Below are positions 18,318 to 29,607 of a DNA stretch of 64,000 bases, piece by piece. The stretch is from NCBI GenBank assembly GCA_963666835.2, contig CAXXGO010000001.1, positions 1,632,001 to 1,696,000 on the forward strand, written 5' to 3'. Every line of letters starts with the position of its first letter. Within the stretch, counting starts at the first letter, position 1. The stretch is from Phycisphaerae bacterium (lineage in GTDB: Bacteria > Planctomycetota > Phycisphaerae > UBA1845). Both the position numbers and the translations under genes were made by a program. The notes beneath the pieces are model-generated. The model was not told the DNA's origin, made no database searches, and saw only the letters and a list, made by a program, of their open reading frames with translations.

Positions 18318-21300
18318 ATGAAATCGCGCAACGAAGGTACGCAGTGGGCACGTTTCCCGGCGGTGGTCTCCGTCATGGCGATCCTCGCGGTTCTGTTGTC
18401 AGGGAGTGTGTCCCAGGCGGTAGAGCGCAAGTTCGTGGTCACGCTGGCCTATTCGCCCAAGGCGTTCATGAACGACGGCACCGGTGGTCAACCCGAGGGA
18501 GGGCTGTACAACGCGGAGGAGATCTACAAGGACTACTTCGACCGCGTCAACCCCGGTATCGATTCGTTCGTCGAGTATTGGGAGGAGATCAGCTACGGGG
18601 ATGTGGTCATTACCGGTGACGTGGAGGGGTGGGTGGCTCTGCCCTGGGCGTTTGAGCCGGAAGCTCCGTATGGCGGTGAACGATCGTCCCCGGAGGACTT
18701 CATCAACCTCTACGACAACTTGTCAACCGTGTGCTCGCCGGGCACGCCGTTGATGCACATCGAGAACATGGTTCCCCTGCATTACAGCTACGGTGCGGGC
18801 GAGCCGTTTTGCGATTGTGTCAATGCGGAGGGCGAGGACGGTGTGTACGGTCCGGGAGACTGCGGGGCGCTGATCACCGTCAACTACAATGGCGAACTCG
18901 ACGGTTGGGTACCTTCGGAGCCGTTGGCCGACTTCGACGCCGTTGGGGTGAATGTGTGGACTCCCGGTGAGCGTTTCGTGGACGTCGACGAGGATGGCCG
19001 TTGGGACGGTCTCGACGAGAAGAACGACATGATGTGCCACAGCTCGTTGGGCTGTCAGAATGTCTGCAGTGGAATGATATGCAGCGACCACTCCGGCTAC
19101 TGCACCACCGACGCGGATTGTCTCGGGGACGCCTACTGCAAGCGCGGATCGCTGATCGGAGCTCCGGCCTGCGGCAGTTTTTGTTCAGGAACGGCGGTCC
19201 CATGCACCGGCGAGATAGCCGGGGAGTGCGCTGAATTCGGGACGGCATCGCAGTGCGTCGTGGTCGGCTGCGGTCTCATGGAGACTTGTGGGGACGACCG
19301 GGTCTGTTCTGACGGATCGGGGTCGTGTGATCCGGACGCCGACTGTCCACCGGGAGAGTTCTGTGACGCCGTTACTTTGCGATGCAGTGAGGCGGATACC
19401 GCATGCGATCCGAATGTCGATTGCCCGAGCGGGGCGAGTTGCGTTGGCGCGGGGCCTCGCGGATGCGACTATCCGGGCTGCGGCGACCTCGCCGCAGCCG
19501 CCGTGGACTGGAATGAAGACGGCGTATATCGGAATCCCGACGATTGTGTGATAGTCCCTCAGATCTCGTGCGTTGTTGATGACGATTGTGGGACGCATGG
19601 ACGCTGCAATACCGATCTGAACACCTGTGCGCCGGTCGTCTACTGTACACGGGATTCGGATTGTCCCGGTACGGGGAACCAGTGTCTGACCGAGGGTTAC
19701 GACCCGCCGGTGTGCGATCTCGGGCGGATCGGCTACCCAGTGCTTGAGGGTATGAACGCCGTGAGTCTGCCGGATTGCTGTGATGCGAACGCTGAGTCTA
19801 TGGAGGATTTCGCTCAGTGTAATACAGATGGCCACCCGATCATCTGTGACATTCACCCTACTTATCCGCAATGCGATCCGAGGCCGGAGGGCATTGTCTG
19901 CGGTGAGCCGAGGTACGCCTGTGAATTCCATGACGTTGACGCCGACGACGTGATGGACGTAACCGAGCCGTTTGAGGATTTCATCATCCGTTGGGAGCCT
20001 TCCGGGGGATGGTCCGGAGGTGTGTGGGTCCCGGTGGATCGCGAGTACATCAAGAATAACTATCCCGGTAATGTCCCGGCTCTGCTGGCGCGCGTAGGGA
20101 ACGGCTACTTCAATCCCGGGGACGTTTTCTACGATACTGCGGGGGATGTCAGCACGAAGATGATGCAGGAGACCGGGGGCGCCCGTTATCTGATGACGCG
20201 GGTTCCGAAGCCTGGCAGCGGGAGGTATGCCACCGTTGGTGAGCAGGCTTGGTTCGATAACTGGTGGACTGCGCGCTACGGGACGTCGGCTCCGCCATGG
20301 CCGGGCGGCACCGGACAATATCCGTCGCCCAATGCGCCGGTGATGGCTCCGTTTGATCCGGCTAATCCGTTGCCCCCATCACTGCAGGGGGACGACTTGC
20401 CGACGAGTCGGTGGTTTAGGGCGAACAAGGGAGGGTTTTCCGGAGATGGTGACGGCGGCACACCGGCTCCGCCGTTCCAGCACTACAACGCGGGCGGAGA
20501 TAATTGGGGTAACAGTATTCTCCCGGATGCCGCTTATGGATACTACGACGGCTGGGTCGAGCATGACGATCTTCCGTCCTCTAAATACCATCTTCAGGGT
20601 GACAAGCGTTTCGGCGAGATAACGTCGCCGCTCCGCGACACGTTCGAGTACCTGGGCCACGAGTACCCCGCGATTTCCGGGCATGATTTCGGCCCCCACG
20701 ACCCGAACCGTCTGGGTTCGAACGGCGACGGTTTCGGGGTAGCAGCCGGCCCCGAGGCGGTCAAGATCTTCGGCGACAAGGGATACGACGCCGGTAATCT
20801 GGCCATTGTAGAGTGGTTGACTTGGAGACGCGATGGGCAGAGCCGCACGTTGGGCACGCAGTGGTCTATCGATAATCACATCGGGGACGGCGTCAGCGGC
20901 TATCATCCGTACGCCAGCCCGAACTCGCAGCATCAGCCGTCCGGACGATGCAGCTCCTCGACCAAGGTGGCATGTTTGGTCGACGGAGCCTGCCCTGTTG
21001 GAGAGACCTGCGTGCGGCCGACGACGCCGATGGGTTTCGCGGACTACAACCTCGACGGGATGATCGATCAGGGTGAGGTTCGGCCGGCCGGCTCAGCGAA
21101 CTACTCGGTGGATAGTGTGCTTGGTACACCCAACGACGGAACTAATTCTGATTACCCATTCAACCGTCGGAGAATGATGGAAGACGTGGTGGAGGCTCTG
21201 GATCCCTCGGTTGACTGGGATGACTACGTAGACCTGAACATGTGGTCGACGGTCTCCGGTATCATTCTCGTGCCGCCGGATTCATACAACGATGCCAACC

Positions 21301-24300
21301 GGTTCCCCACGGCGCCGTCGTTCTATCCGATTCACACGGAGGATTCCCTCGCCGCCGCCTTCCACGACTTGGTGATCTGCCAGGACTGCAGGAGTTTTCC
21401 GTCGGCTATCGCATACGCCGCGCATGAGTACATGCACACGTGGGAGCAGTATCCGGACCTGTATGACTACGACCTTTTCACCGGCATGATCGTGAACTGT
21501 CCGATCGGTTTATGGGATATCATGGCGGGAACTCGCGGCGACGGAGCGATGGTCCATCCGACGCCGGTGCTTAAGGATTCGTCAGGGTGGATCAACCCGA
21601 TCGATCTACGGACCGTCCTCACGCCGGGGGTGGAGACGTCACTGACATTGCCACCGGCGGAGTTTGACCGTGATGGGTATTTCTTCCTGGAGAACGCCGA
21701 GCGTCCCGGGGAAGCCTACTGGTTCTGGTCCGCCGGAGAGGGCTTCGACGAGAACCACCCCGGTAACGGTGGGATGTTGATCATGGCGACCAACGACGTG
21801 TACAACCCGGCCAATCCGGATGCCGTTGCTGAGCAGCAGCGCGAAGCTCCATACGGTTACCGAATCGTCCAGGCTGACGGAGAGGGCGATCTGGAGGCTT
21901 GTAGCTCGACCGGTAACCGGGGGGACGGCGGGGACATTTGGCCGGGCACCAGCGGGAATACCGAGTTCAACTTCGATACGGTGCCGGCGGCGGTATGGGA
22001 TGCGCAGAACCGGTGGACCGGACTCAACATCAGTAATATCGAGCCGGACGGAGAAGGATCGGTGCGGCTGACCTTGTCCTGGACTCCGACCAATCTCCCG
22101 GGCGTCGAGTTCGTTGATCCGCCGGGCGGCGCCTCGGTGGGGTCCATTTACCAGGTGCGCTATGAGGCCACTGATGTGTTCGGTGGCACGACGATCCACC
22201 TGTACTATACGACGGACGAGAACGACATCACGGTAAAGAACCCGCCGGCGACGGACTCGAACTACATCGGCACGCGGGTCAAGGGGACGCCGGGTACGAT
22301 TCAGACGAGCATGGATTGGGACATCAGTCAGGTGCCGGACGGGCAGTATCATGTGTTCGCCAAGCTGGTTCCCGGTCAGGGGGTCGGCGGAACGGAGATC
22401 AAGCACACGGAGCCGTATCCTGGCCGCAACAACGCCGGGACCGGGGCGCTGACCATTAGGAAGGTCGACGTTTCATCAGCCATCGACGCCGCTGCGAGGG
22501 CGGAAACGTGGATCATTGAGTGCGTTGATCCGGCTGGCGAAGACTGGCAGGTGTACAGCTCTCTGACCCAGCCGGAGCCCGAGAATGATGAGGCGTACCC
22601 GTACGAACTGGCTGAGACGTGTCCCAAGAGCGATCCGGATGACCCAGATTGTGTGCAGTACGAGTACACCTCCGCCAACGGGGCGGTGACTTTTCTGATC
22701 ACTCTGGGCGATGAGCCCTTCTGTTTAGGGGACCGGTTCGTCTTCAACACGACGGGCGTATCTGAAGTGAGCAAATCGGTTACGGTTGAGGATCACCGGA
22801 TCTATGCAAACCCGGTGGCGGTCATCGATGCTTCGCCGCTGTCCGGACTTCCGCCCCTGAAGGTGGACTTCGACGGCCGCGATTCGTACGACCCGGACGG
22901 GCTCCCGCTGACTTACCGTTGGAATTTCGGTGATGGTGCTACGTCGACCGGATCTCCGGTCAGCCACACCTTCGATGATGCCGGCGTGTTCACCGTGGTC
23001 CTGAGGGTGGCGAACAGTCTCGGCCGGTTCGGCGAGACTGCGGTTGACATCAATGTGATCAACAATCGGCCAAGCGCCGTGATCGTTGCGAAGCCGGTCA
23101 GCGGCCCCGAGAACTTAACAGTGTACTTCGACGGGTCCGGATCGAACGATCTGGAGACCCCGGCGGACCAGTTGATCTACCAGTGGGATTTCGGGGACGG
23201 CAAAGCCGCAAACACGCAGGGCAACCCGGGGGTCTTCATAACTACCGAGCATTTCTATTCCAAGGACGAAGATGGCGTGAAGTGCACGCAGACGAATCCC
23301 TGCAAGTTCAATGCGGCGCTGACCGTCACGGATACTGGTGGGAAGAGCCACACCGCGACCACGGAGATCTGGGTGGGTAATACCAACCCGGTGCCGAGTG
23401 TGTCGGTGTCCCGGACGGAGGGCTCGGATCCGCTCGACATCGTGTTCAACGCGATTAACTCATACGATGCGGACGGTGACGACCTCAAGATCACGTGGTT
23501 CTGGGGCGATGGATCCCAGGATGGTCCGTATCCCGTCACCGGTGCACCCGGCGTGACGAGTGGCGACGTAGTCCATACGTATCGGCTGCCGACCGGGGAG
23601 ACCTCGTACTCCTTCACGCCGACGGCGTTACTTACCGACGGGTTTGCCTCGGTGACTTGGACCGGTTCGAAGATCACGGTTACGGAGCCGAAGGCGGGGT
23701 CGTCCGACCCCCGCGCGATCTTCACGATCACACCCGAGCCGCCGTTAGAGGTTGGGGCCGAGTTTACCGCCGATGCGTCACTGTCGTTCGATCGACCGAC
23801 GGGCGATCCTAATAGCAAGATCGCGTCGTACTCGTGGGACTTCGGAGACGGTACGGCGGTTGTCAGCGGGAAGACCGTTAAGCACACGTATGTAGAACCT
23901 GGCACCTATGTGATCGTGTTGGAAGTCAAGGACGCGGCGAGTCCGGTGAACAAGGGCCGGACGTCTCAGACGGTGCTGGTCGTGGGCGAGCTGCCCGATG
24001 ACTCGGATGATGCCGATGGGAACGAGCCGCCCGACGTGGTTCTGCTGGCGAATCCGAAGGAGGGTTATGAGGGCTTTACCGAGTTCTCGTTTGACGGGTC
24101 CGGATCGAGCGATCCCGATGACGATGACCTGACCTTCGAGTGGATGTTCGGTGACGGAGAGTCTGCGGACGGGGCTAAGGCAACGCACGTCTATGCGGAA
24201 GCGGGCAACTATACGGTCCGGCTGACCGTTACGGATGAGCACAACGCATCGGCTTACGATACGCAGACTATTGTCGTTAAATCCAATGTCGGCAACCGGG

Positions 24301-24743
24301 CTCCGCAAGCGATCATCGGAACGGGTGTGCGATCCATTCAGGCCGGGGAGAAGATCGAGTTCAACGGACAGAACTCGTACGATCCGGATAATGATGTCCT
24401 GGATTTCGTCTGGAAGTTCAGCCAGGACGATGTGGTGATTGATACTCTGACCGGAGGTGTGGTGGCCAGGACCTTCCAGAGTGAGGGAGCCTATCAGGTG
24501 GTCTTGACCGTGTCTGATGGCCGGGGCGGCACCGACACCACGCAGGCGGTCAATATTCAGGTCTCGGCTAAGGTCGAAGCACCGGATTCCGGCGATGATC
24601 CCGGAACAGGACAGACAACCCCGGATCCCAGCTACACTCAGCGTCCCACGAGCGTTTGCGGCTTGGGCATGGTGCTGAGCTTGTTCGGCTCTTTGGCCGG
24701 GCTGTCGGTGATGCGGGTGACACGCCGGCGGACCGGGTTCTAG
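18318..24743 (+). CDS. Giant secreted M6/immune-inhibitor-A-like zinc metalloprotease with Cys-rich repeats, six PKD domains and a C-terminal membrane anchor
   Basis: Signal peptide; SFVEYWEEISYG..GWV.LP; HEYMHTWEQYPDLYDY; GLWDIMAG Met-turn; PKD motifs such as WNFGDG and WDFGDG; C-terminal CGLG-hydrophobic-RRR. Confidence 0.85.
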   Translation: MKSRNEGTQWARFPAVVSVMAILAVLLSGSVSQAVERKFVVTLAYSPKAFMNDGTGGQPEGGLYNAEEIYKDYFDRVNPGIDSFVEYWEEISYGDVVITGDVEGWVALPWAFEPEAPYGGERSSPEDFINLYDNLSTVCSPGTPLMHIENMVPLHYSYGAGEPFCDCVNAEGEDGVYGPGDCGALITVNYNGELDGWVPSEPLADFDAVGVNVWTPGERFVDVDEDGRWDGLDEKNDMMCHSSLGCQNVCSGMICSDHSGYCTTDADCLGDAYCKRGSLIGAPACGSFCSGTAVPCTGEIAGECAEFGTASQCVVVGCGLMETCGDDRVCSDGSGSCDPDADCPPGEFCDAVTLRCSEADTACDPNVDCPSGASCVGAGPRGCDYPGCGDLAAAAVDWNEDGVYRNPDDCVIVPQISCVVDDDCGTHGRCNTDLNTCAPVVYCTRDSDCPGTGNQCLTEGYDPPVCDLGRIGYPVLEGMNAVSLPDCCDANAESMEDFAQCNTDGHPIICDIHPTYPQCDPRPEGIVCGEPRYACEFHDVDADDVMDVTEPFEDFIIRWEPSGGWSGGVWVPVDREYIKNNYPGNVPALLARVGNGYFNPGDVFYDTAGDVSTKMMQETGGARYLMTRVPKPGSGRYATVGEQAWFDNWWTARYGTSAPPWPGGTGQYPSPNAPVMAPFDPANPLPPSLQGDDLPTSRWFRANKGGFSGDGDGGTPAPPFQHYNAGGDNWGNSILPDAAYGYYDGWVEHDDLPSSKYHLQGDKRFGEITSPLRDTFEYLGHEYPAISGHDFGPHDPNRLGSNGDGFGVAAGPEAVKIFGDKGYDAGNLAIVEWLTWRRDGQSRTLGTQWSIDNHIGDGVSGYHPYASPNSQHQPSGRCSSSTKVACLVDGACPVGETCVRPTTPMGFADYNLDGMIDQGEVRPAGSANYSVDSVLGTPNDGTNSDYPFNRRRMMEDVVEALDPSVDWDDYVDLNMWSTVSGIILVPPDSYNDANRFPTAPSFYPIHTEDSLAAAFHDLVICQDCRSFPSAIAYAAHEYMHTWEQYPDLYDYDLFTGMIVNCPIGLWDIMAGTRGDGAMVHPTPVLKDSSGWINPIDLRTVLTPGVETSLTLPPAEFDRDGYFFLENAERPGEAYWFWSAGEGFDENHPGNGGMLIMATNDVYNPANPDAVAEQQREAPYGYRIVQADGEGDLEACSSTGNRGDGGDIWPGTSGNTEFNFDTVPAAVWDAQNRWTGLNISNIEPDGEGSVRLTLSWTPTNLPGVEFVDPPGGASVGSIYQVRYEATDVFGGTTIHLYYTTDENDITVKNPPATDSNYIGTRVKGTPGTIQTSMDWDISQVPDGQYHVFAKLVPGQGVGGTEIKHTEPYPGRNNAGTGALTIRKVDVSSAIDAAARAETWIIECVDPAGEDWQVYSSLTQPEPENDEAYPYELAETCPKSDPDDPDCVQYEYTSANGAVTFLITLGDEPFCLGDRFVFNTTGVSEVSKSVTVEDHRIYANPVAVIDASPLSGLPPLKVDFDGRDSYDPDGLPLTYRWNFGDGATSTGSPVSHTFDDAGVFTVVLRVANSLGRFGETAVDINVINNRPSAVIVAKPVSGPENLTVYFDGSGSNDLETPADQLIYQWDFGDGKAANTQGNPGVFITTEHFYSKDEDGVKCTQTNPCKFNAALTVTDTGGKSHTATTEIWVGNTNPVPSVSVSRTEGSDPLDIVFNAINSYDADGDDLKITWFWGDGSQDGPYPVTGAPGVTSGDVVHTYRLPTGETSYSFTPTALLTDGFASVTWTGSKITVTEPKAGSSDPRAIFTITPEPPLEVGAEFTADASLSFDRPTGDPNSKIASYSWDFGDGTAVVSGKTVKHTYVEPGTYVIVLEVKDAASPVNKGRTSQTVLVVGELPDDSDDADGNEPPDVVLLANPKEGYEGFTEFSFDGSGSSDPDDDDLTFEWMFGDGESADGAKATHVYAEAGNYTVRLTVTDEHNASAYDTQTIVVKSNVGNRAPQAIIGTGVRSIQAGEKIEFNGQNSYDPDNDVLDFVWKFSQDDVVIDTLTGGVVARTFQSEGAYQVVLTVSDGRGGTDTTQAVNIQVSAKVEAPDSGDDPGTGQTTPDPSYTQRPTSVCGLGMVLSLFGSLAGLSVMRVTRRRTGF

Positions 24744-24852
24744 CGGCCCCAGCGTAGTCTGCTCAAACGCGCTGCGAGCCCCGAGCGGTTCTTTGATGAA
24801 TCGCTTGGGGCTCGCTTCTTTCTTGCGCTGCCGCGGTTATAATCCGCGGGTC

Positions 24853-25191
24853 ATGGCATCCAGGAAGCAGACCAACCCGGCCACGTCGCGTGTGGCGATT
24901 CGTGCCGCCCGGCGGGCGAGCTTCGCCCTGGCGGCCTCGTTGGGAGTGATCCTGTGCGGGCAGCCGGAGTGGCGTGGGCGGCGAGGTGGGGCGGCCTCCT
25001 ACGCCCGGCAGGTTTCGGCGGCCGTTCCCACCGGAGCGGGGGACGCTGCAACTCCTCGGGTGGTTGCATCACCTCCGTTGGCGGCGGCGCGATGCCGTGC
25101 CCGCAGTCAACCCATTATCGCATCAGTGGCGAATCTAGAGCGCCTGCACACCGTGGGTGTCTCCCGGATCGGCGGGCTCTACGGCCCGTAA
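24853..25191 (+). CDS. Small ORF upstream of secA (possible secretion-monitor peptide)
   Basis: TATAAT at 24838-24843 just before the ATG; basic N-region plus hydrophobic stretch (RRASFALAASLGVILC); stop 80 nt before secA. Confidence 0.45.
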   Translation: MASRKQTNPATSRVAIRAARRASFALAASLGVILCGQPEWRGRRGGAASYARQVSAAVPTGAGDAATPRVVASPPLAAARCRARSQPIIASVANLERLHTVGVSRIGGLYGP

Positions 25192-25271
25192 GCCGGCCTT
25201 ACTCCGCTGCGCCGATTCGGTCCGTACGGTTCCGACTACCATCTGATTATCTGGCAACTTAGGGGTCTGCC

Positions 25272-28200
25272 ATGTCCATTACCGTGGTGAGTAAATCGAT
25301 TATTGACGGGGTCAAGGCGATTCCGCGGAAGCTCTTCGGCTCGCGGAACGACCGTCTGCTGAAGGTGCTCAACCGGCACGTTCCGCCGGTGAACTCGTGT
25401 GAAGACGCTCTGCGCGGGGAATACGACAAGCGTTTCGCCCGTCAGGTGGCGGATCAGCGGGTAGAGCAAGCTCCGGAAGAGCAGCGTGCCGTGTTGCGTC
25501 GGCAGATTCGGCTGGACCTCTGCGACGATCTGCGGGAGGCCACGGCGTCCCTTCAGCAGGGCATTCGCCGGCACACCGAGCCTTTGCGGTTCTGGTGGGA
25601 AGGGCTGGAGCCTGCTCAGCGGGTGGACGAATACTATCGCGCGGAGTTCCGCAAGCGTGACGCCCGGGCTATTGAGGAGATGGACGGCGAAGGGCTTATT
25701 GCCGAGGCTTTTGCCATTCTGCGCGAGGCCTCTCGACGGGCGCAGGAGCATCGTCATTTTGACTGCCAGCTAATCGGCGGACGGGTTCTGTTCGAGGGCA
25801 AGATCGCGGAGATGCGCACCGGGGAAGGCAAGACCATTGTGTGCCACTTAGCCGCGTTTGTGAAATACCTTTCGGGGTTGAAGGTTCACATCATCACGGT
25901 CAACGACTACCTGGTAAAACGTGACGCAGAGTTCGCTGCCCCGATCTTCGAGCTATTGGGGGTATCGGTCGGGTACATTCAATCGATGGTCGATCCCAGC
26001 GGGCAGGAGGGCCTGCGCCGCCGGGCGTATGCATGCGACATTACGTACGGAACGAACAGTGAGTTCGGATTCGACTACCTCCGCGACAACATGAAGACTA
26101 ACGTGGCGGATCAGGTGCAGGGCCCACTGGATTACGTAATCGTAGACGAGGTGGACTCGATTCTGATTGATGAGGCCCGTACGCCGCTGATTATCTCGGG
26201 TCCCGCTCACGATGACGTTACGCGTTATCCGCGGGCGGACAAGGTGGCCGAGGAATTGGTGCGGCGGCAGGCGGTTTGGGATCGCCGCGTCGCGTCGACG
26301 GTGCGCCGGTTCGACGGCGAGACGCACAACATTGCCAAGCTCGAAGATGCCATGGCCATCCTCGGCTACAAGGAGAAACGGACGGGATCCGACCAGGATG
26401 GCAGCGTCGAGCCGGACGATGGGGACGATGATTCGGCTGCCGGGCTGCCGACTTTGGGCCCGGACTTCCTGACGGACGATCAGGTCGAGGCGATTCAGGC
26501 CTATGAAAACAACATCCTTCAGATCCTGCCCAGCGAGCAGTACCGCCGATTGTTCATCGTGCAGTCCGAGCGCAAACAGGTCGGCTTGACCCACGAGGGC
26601 GTCAGTCTTGCCCAAGATTCGCTGGATATCGGCAGCCTCTACAGCGGGGCGAACATGGAGTGGCCGCATCTTATTGAGAACGCCCTGCGCGCTCACAAGG
26701 TCTATCTGCGTGATGTGGATTATGTGGTCCAGGAGGGGCAGGTTATTATCGTCGATCCGCATACCGGGCGGCTGATGTATGGGCGGCAGTGGTCCGACGG
26801 GCTGCATCAGGCGGTCGAAGCCAAAGAGCGCGTGAGGGTAAAGGAGGAGACTCAGACGCTGGCGACCATCACCATTCAGAACTTCATCAAGCTGTACCGG
26901 GTCAAAGCGGGAATGACCGGAACGGCGATGACCGAGGGAACCGAGTTCGACAAGATCTACCAGCTCGAGGTAGTAGAGATACCGACGAACCGTCCGGTGA
27001 ACCGCGTTGACCACAACGACAAGATGTATAGCAGCACGGAGCAAAAGTACGAGGCCATTGTCGAGGAGATCCACCAGGTCCACCGCCGAGGCCGTCCCGC
27101 TGATCCGTTTGTGATCGCTGACCTTCTAACGGCACTGCGGCCCGTGCTCGCCGCCCAGGGAGAAAACACGAGCCGGATCGACGAGGCCATTCGGCAGTTC
27201 AACGCTGCCGAGTTCGGCGACAAGCGCGTGATCAACTTCATGTTGGAAGTCTACGACGAGTCCATGGGCGATCTGGCGCATGGGCGGCCCGTGCTTGTGG
27301 GCACGACCAGCGTCGAAAACTCCGAGAGGTTGTCGCGGTTGCTCGAGCGGCGTTACGGCATCGACCACGAAGTGCTCAACGCCAAGAACCACTCGCGCGA
27401 GGCGGAGATTGTGATGAAGGCCGGCCACTGTTCAACGCCGGTTCAGGGCGCGGACAAGACGCCTTTGGGTAATGTGACGATTGCCACGAACATGGCCGGT
27501 CGCGGTACGGACATCAAGCTCGGCGAGGGGGTCGTCTATCCGAAATGCCGGGTCCCCGAGAGCGAGGCCTCCGAGTCGGGACAGAGTGCCTTGTATCCCC
27601 CCGGGACGACTAAGTGCTGTATCAACTGTGAAGAGTACGATCCGGCAACGAACTGCGCGCACTGTTTCAAGCCCAAGATTGATGCCCGTTTCCCTGCGTT
27701 GGGGCGTAAGGTGTGTGCCATCAACGTGCCGTGCGGATTGCACATTGTCGGGACGGAACGGCACGAGGCCCGGCGGATCGACAACCAGCTCCGTGGTCGC
27801 TCGGGACGCCAGGGCGATCCGGGGTCGTCGCGGTTCTCGTTATCGCTCCAGGACGATCTGCTCAAGCTGTTCATGCCGGATTGGATGCTCAAGATGATGG
27901 ACCGCCTCGGGTTCGCCGAGGGTGGCAGTCTGGAAGATAAGCGGCTCACCAAGGGGATCGAACGCGCCCAACGCAAAGTCGAGGAAAGAAACTTCTCGAC
28001 CCGCAAGCATCTGCTCGAGTGGGACGAGCCGATGGACTACCAACGTAAGGAGTTCTACGCCGCTCGTCAGCGCATTTTGGAAGAGCGGGGCCTGACGGAT
28101 CTGATCATTCGCGCGATTGATAATGCCATCACCACGACTCTGGAGGAGTATCTCAGCGGGAGCTTCGATCGGACGTGCATCGTGGAATGGTGCCGCAGCC

Positions 28201-29501
28201 AGTTGGATCTGAACATCGACGAAGACGGATTGGATCTTAGCGATATCGAAGCGGCTCAGCGGAGTATCCGGGAGAAGGCCAAGGACAGCGGGGACGAAGC
28301 GATTCGCACGTCGTTGGGTGAGTATGTCGACCCCGAGGAACCGTCCAAGAACTGGGACGTCGGTGGGTTGCTGCAATGGGCGCAGCGGCAATACAAGGTT
28401 TCGCTGACCCAGAACCAGATGCGCCGAATGGAGCCGAGTGACATCGAGGATGCGTTACTTGAGGCCGCCCACGCACACTTCGATACGGTGGATCTTGCCG
28501 GGATAGCACCCTATCTCGACCCGCACTATCCGCACCGGGCCTTGGCGGAATGGGCGCGGGCTAAGTTCGACATCCAGATCGAAGCCGAAGAAGTCATTGA
28601 TACTCCTCGCGATGAGGTCTCCGCGCTGTTACAGGATCGCGTGCGCGAGGCCTATCATCGAAGGGAAGTCAACTACCCGGTGGAGTCGTGCCTCGAACGC
28701 GCGTTCGGCGACGAGGGGACTGACAACGCGGCCGCCGCCGGCATTGTGGTTCAATGGGCTAACAGCAAGTTCGGCGTCGGATGGACGCTCGAGCAAGTGC
28801 AGGGGATGTCGATCGAGTCGATCCGGAAGGAACTCGTTGAGCTGAACACGACCTTCTTCGACGAGCGGATCGCGGCGGAGGTCGAAGCGAACATCGCCGG
28901 CAAAGACCGGGAGGAGGCCGTAGCGTGGGCGAAGGACCGGTTCGGACGCGCTTGGAACCAACGTTCATTCGACCTGTTTGACGGAGAGCTGAAAGACGCC
29001 CTGGTGGCCCAGGGTCGCGAGATGCTTCGCTGGGAGCTGTCGCGCTTGGAACAGTATGTTCTGCTGCGCATTCACGACCAGGCCTGGAAAGACCACCTGC
29101 TGGAAATGGACCACCTAAAAAGCGCGATCATGCAGCGCCCGCTTGGTGGGGACCAGACCCATCCGCAGAGCCAGTTTGCCATCGAAGGTCGCGATCTGTT
29201 CAACCAGATGTGGACGCGCATCGCCGGTCGGGTAACGGACATTATCTTCAAGGTCCGCACATCCGGGTCCGGGGAAGCGGCGGCTTCGCGACGTTCGCCC
29301 GCGGCGATGTCGGTGCGGCATGCCGACGCGACCGGGGCGGGATTCTCGGGGGCGACGCGCGATCAAGAAGCGGCGATGCGCGCGCAAGGAACCGACGGCA
29401 AGGCCGAGACGATTCGCCGGGAACAACCCCGGGTCGGCCGAAACGAACCATGCCCGTGCGGGAGCGGTAAGAAATACAAGCAATGCCACGGCCGGAAGTA
29501 G
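25272..29501 (+). CDS. secA: Preprotein translocase ATPase SecA, long form
   Basis: [93 protein letters not shown] motif [19 protein letters not shown]. Confidence 0.98.
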   Translation: MSITVVSKSIIDGVKAIPRKLFGSRNDRLLKVLNRHVPPVNSCEDALRGEYDKRFARQVADQRVEQAPEEQRAVLRRQIRLDLCDDLREATASLQQGIRRHTEPLRFWWEGLEPAQRVDEYYRAEFRKRDARAIEEMDGEGLIAEAFAILREASRRAQEHRHFDCQLIGGRVLFEGKIAEMRTGEGKTIVCHLAAFVKYLSGLKVHIITVNDYLVKRDAEFAAPIFELLGVSVGYIQSMVDPSGQEGLRRRAYACDITYGTNSEFGFDYLRDNMKTNVADQVQGPLDYVIVDEVDSILIDEARTPLIISGPAHDDVTRYPRADKVAEELVRRQAVWDRRVASTVRRFDGETHNIAKLEDAMAILGYKEKRTGSDQDGSVEPDDGDDDSAAGLPTLGPDFLTDDQVEAIQAYENNILQILPSEQYRRLFIVQSERKQVGLTHEGVSLAQDSLDIGSLYSGANMEWPHLIENALRAHKVYLRDVDYVVQEGQVIIVDPHTGRLMYGRQWSDGLHQAVEAKERVRVKEETQTLATITIQNFIKLYRVKAGMTGTAMTEGTEFDKIYQLEVVEIPTNRPVNRVDHNDKMYSSTEQKYEAIVEEIHQVHRRGRPADPFVIADLLTALRPVLAAQGENTSRIDEAIRQFNAAEFGDKRVINFMLEVYDESMGDLAHGRPVLVGTTSVENSERLSRLLERRYGIDHEVLNAKNHSREAEIVMKAGHCSTPVQGADKTPLGNVTIATNMAGRGTDIKLGEGVVYPKCRVPESEASESGQSALYPPGTTKCCINCEEYDPATNCAHCFKPKIDARFPALGRKVCAINVPCGLHIVGTERHEARRIDNQLRGRSGRQGDPGSSRFSLSLQDDLLKLFMPDWMLKMMDRLGFAEGGSLEDKRLTKGIERAQRKVEERNFSTRKHLLEWDEPMDYQRKEFYAARQRILEERGLTDLIIRAIDNAITTTLEEYLSGSFDRTCIVEWCRSQLDLNIDEDGLDLSDIEAAQRSIREKAKDSGDEAIRTSLGEYVDPEEPSKNWDVGGLLQWAQRQYKVSLTQNQMRRMEPSDIEDALLEAAHAHFDTVDLAGIAPYLDPHYPHRALAEWARAKFDIQIEAEEVIDTPRDEVSALLQDRVREAYHRREVNYPVESCLERAFGDEGTDNAAAAGIVVQWANSKFGVGWTLEQVQGMSIESIRKELVELNTTFFDERIAAEVEANIAGKDREEAVAWAKDRFGRAWNQRSFDLFDGELKDALVAQGREMLRWELSRLEQYVLLRIHDQAWKDHLLEMDHLKSAIMQRPLGGDQTHPQSQFAIEGRDLFNQMWTRIAGRVTDIIFKVRTSGSGEAAASRRSPAAMSVRHADATGAGFSGATRDQEAAMRAQGTDGKAETIRREQPRVGRNEPCPCGSGKKYKQCHGRK

Positions 29502-29607
29502 CGAAGGATCGGCGGTTCTCGCTGAAGTGCCGTGGAGTTGACATGCGTGGGTACGCGTGGCGATTGACCGTAAGCGCGGCAATCCTCCGCGATCGGCAAG
29601 GCACCCT

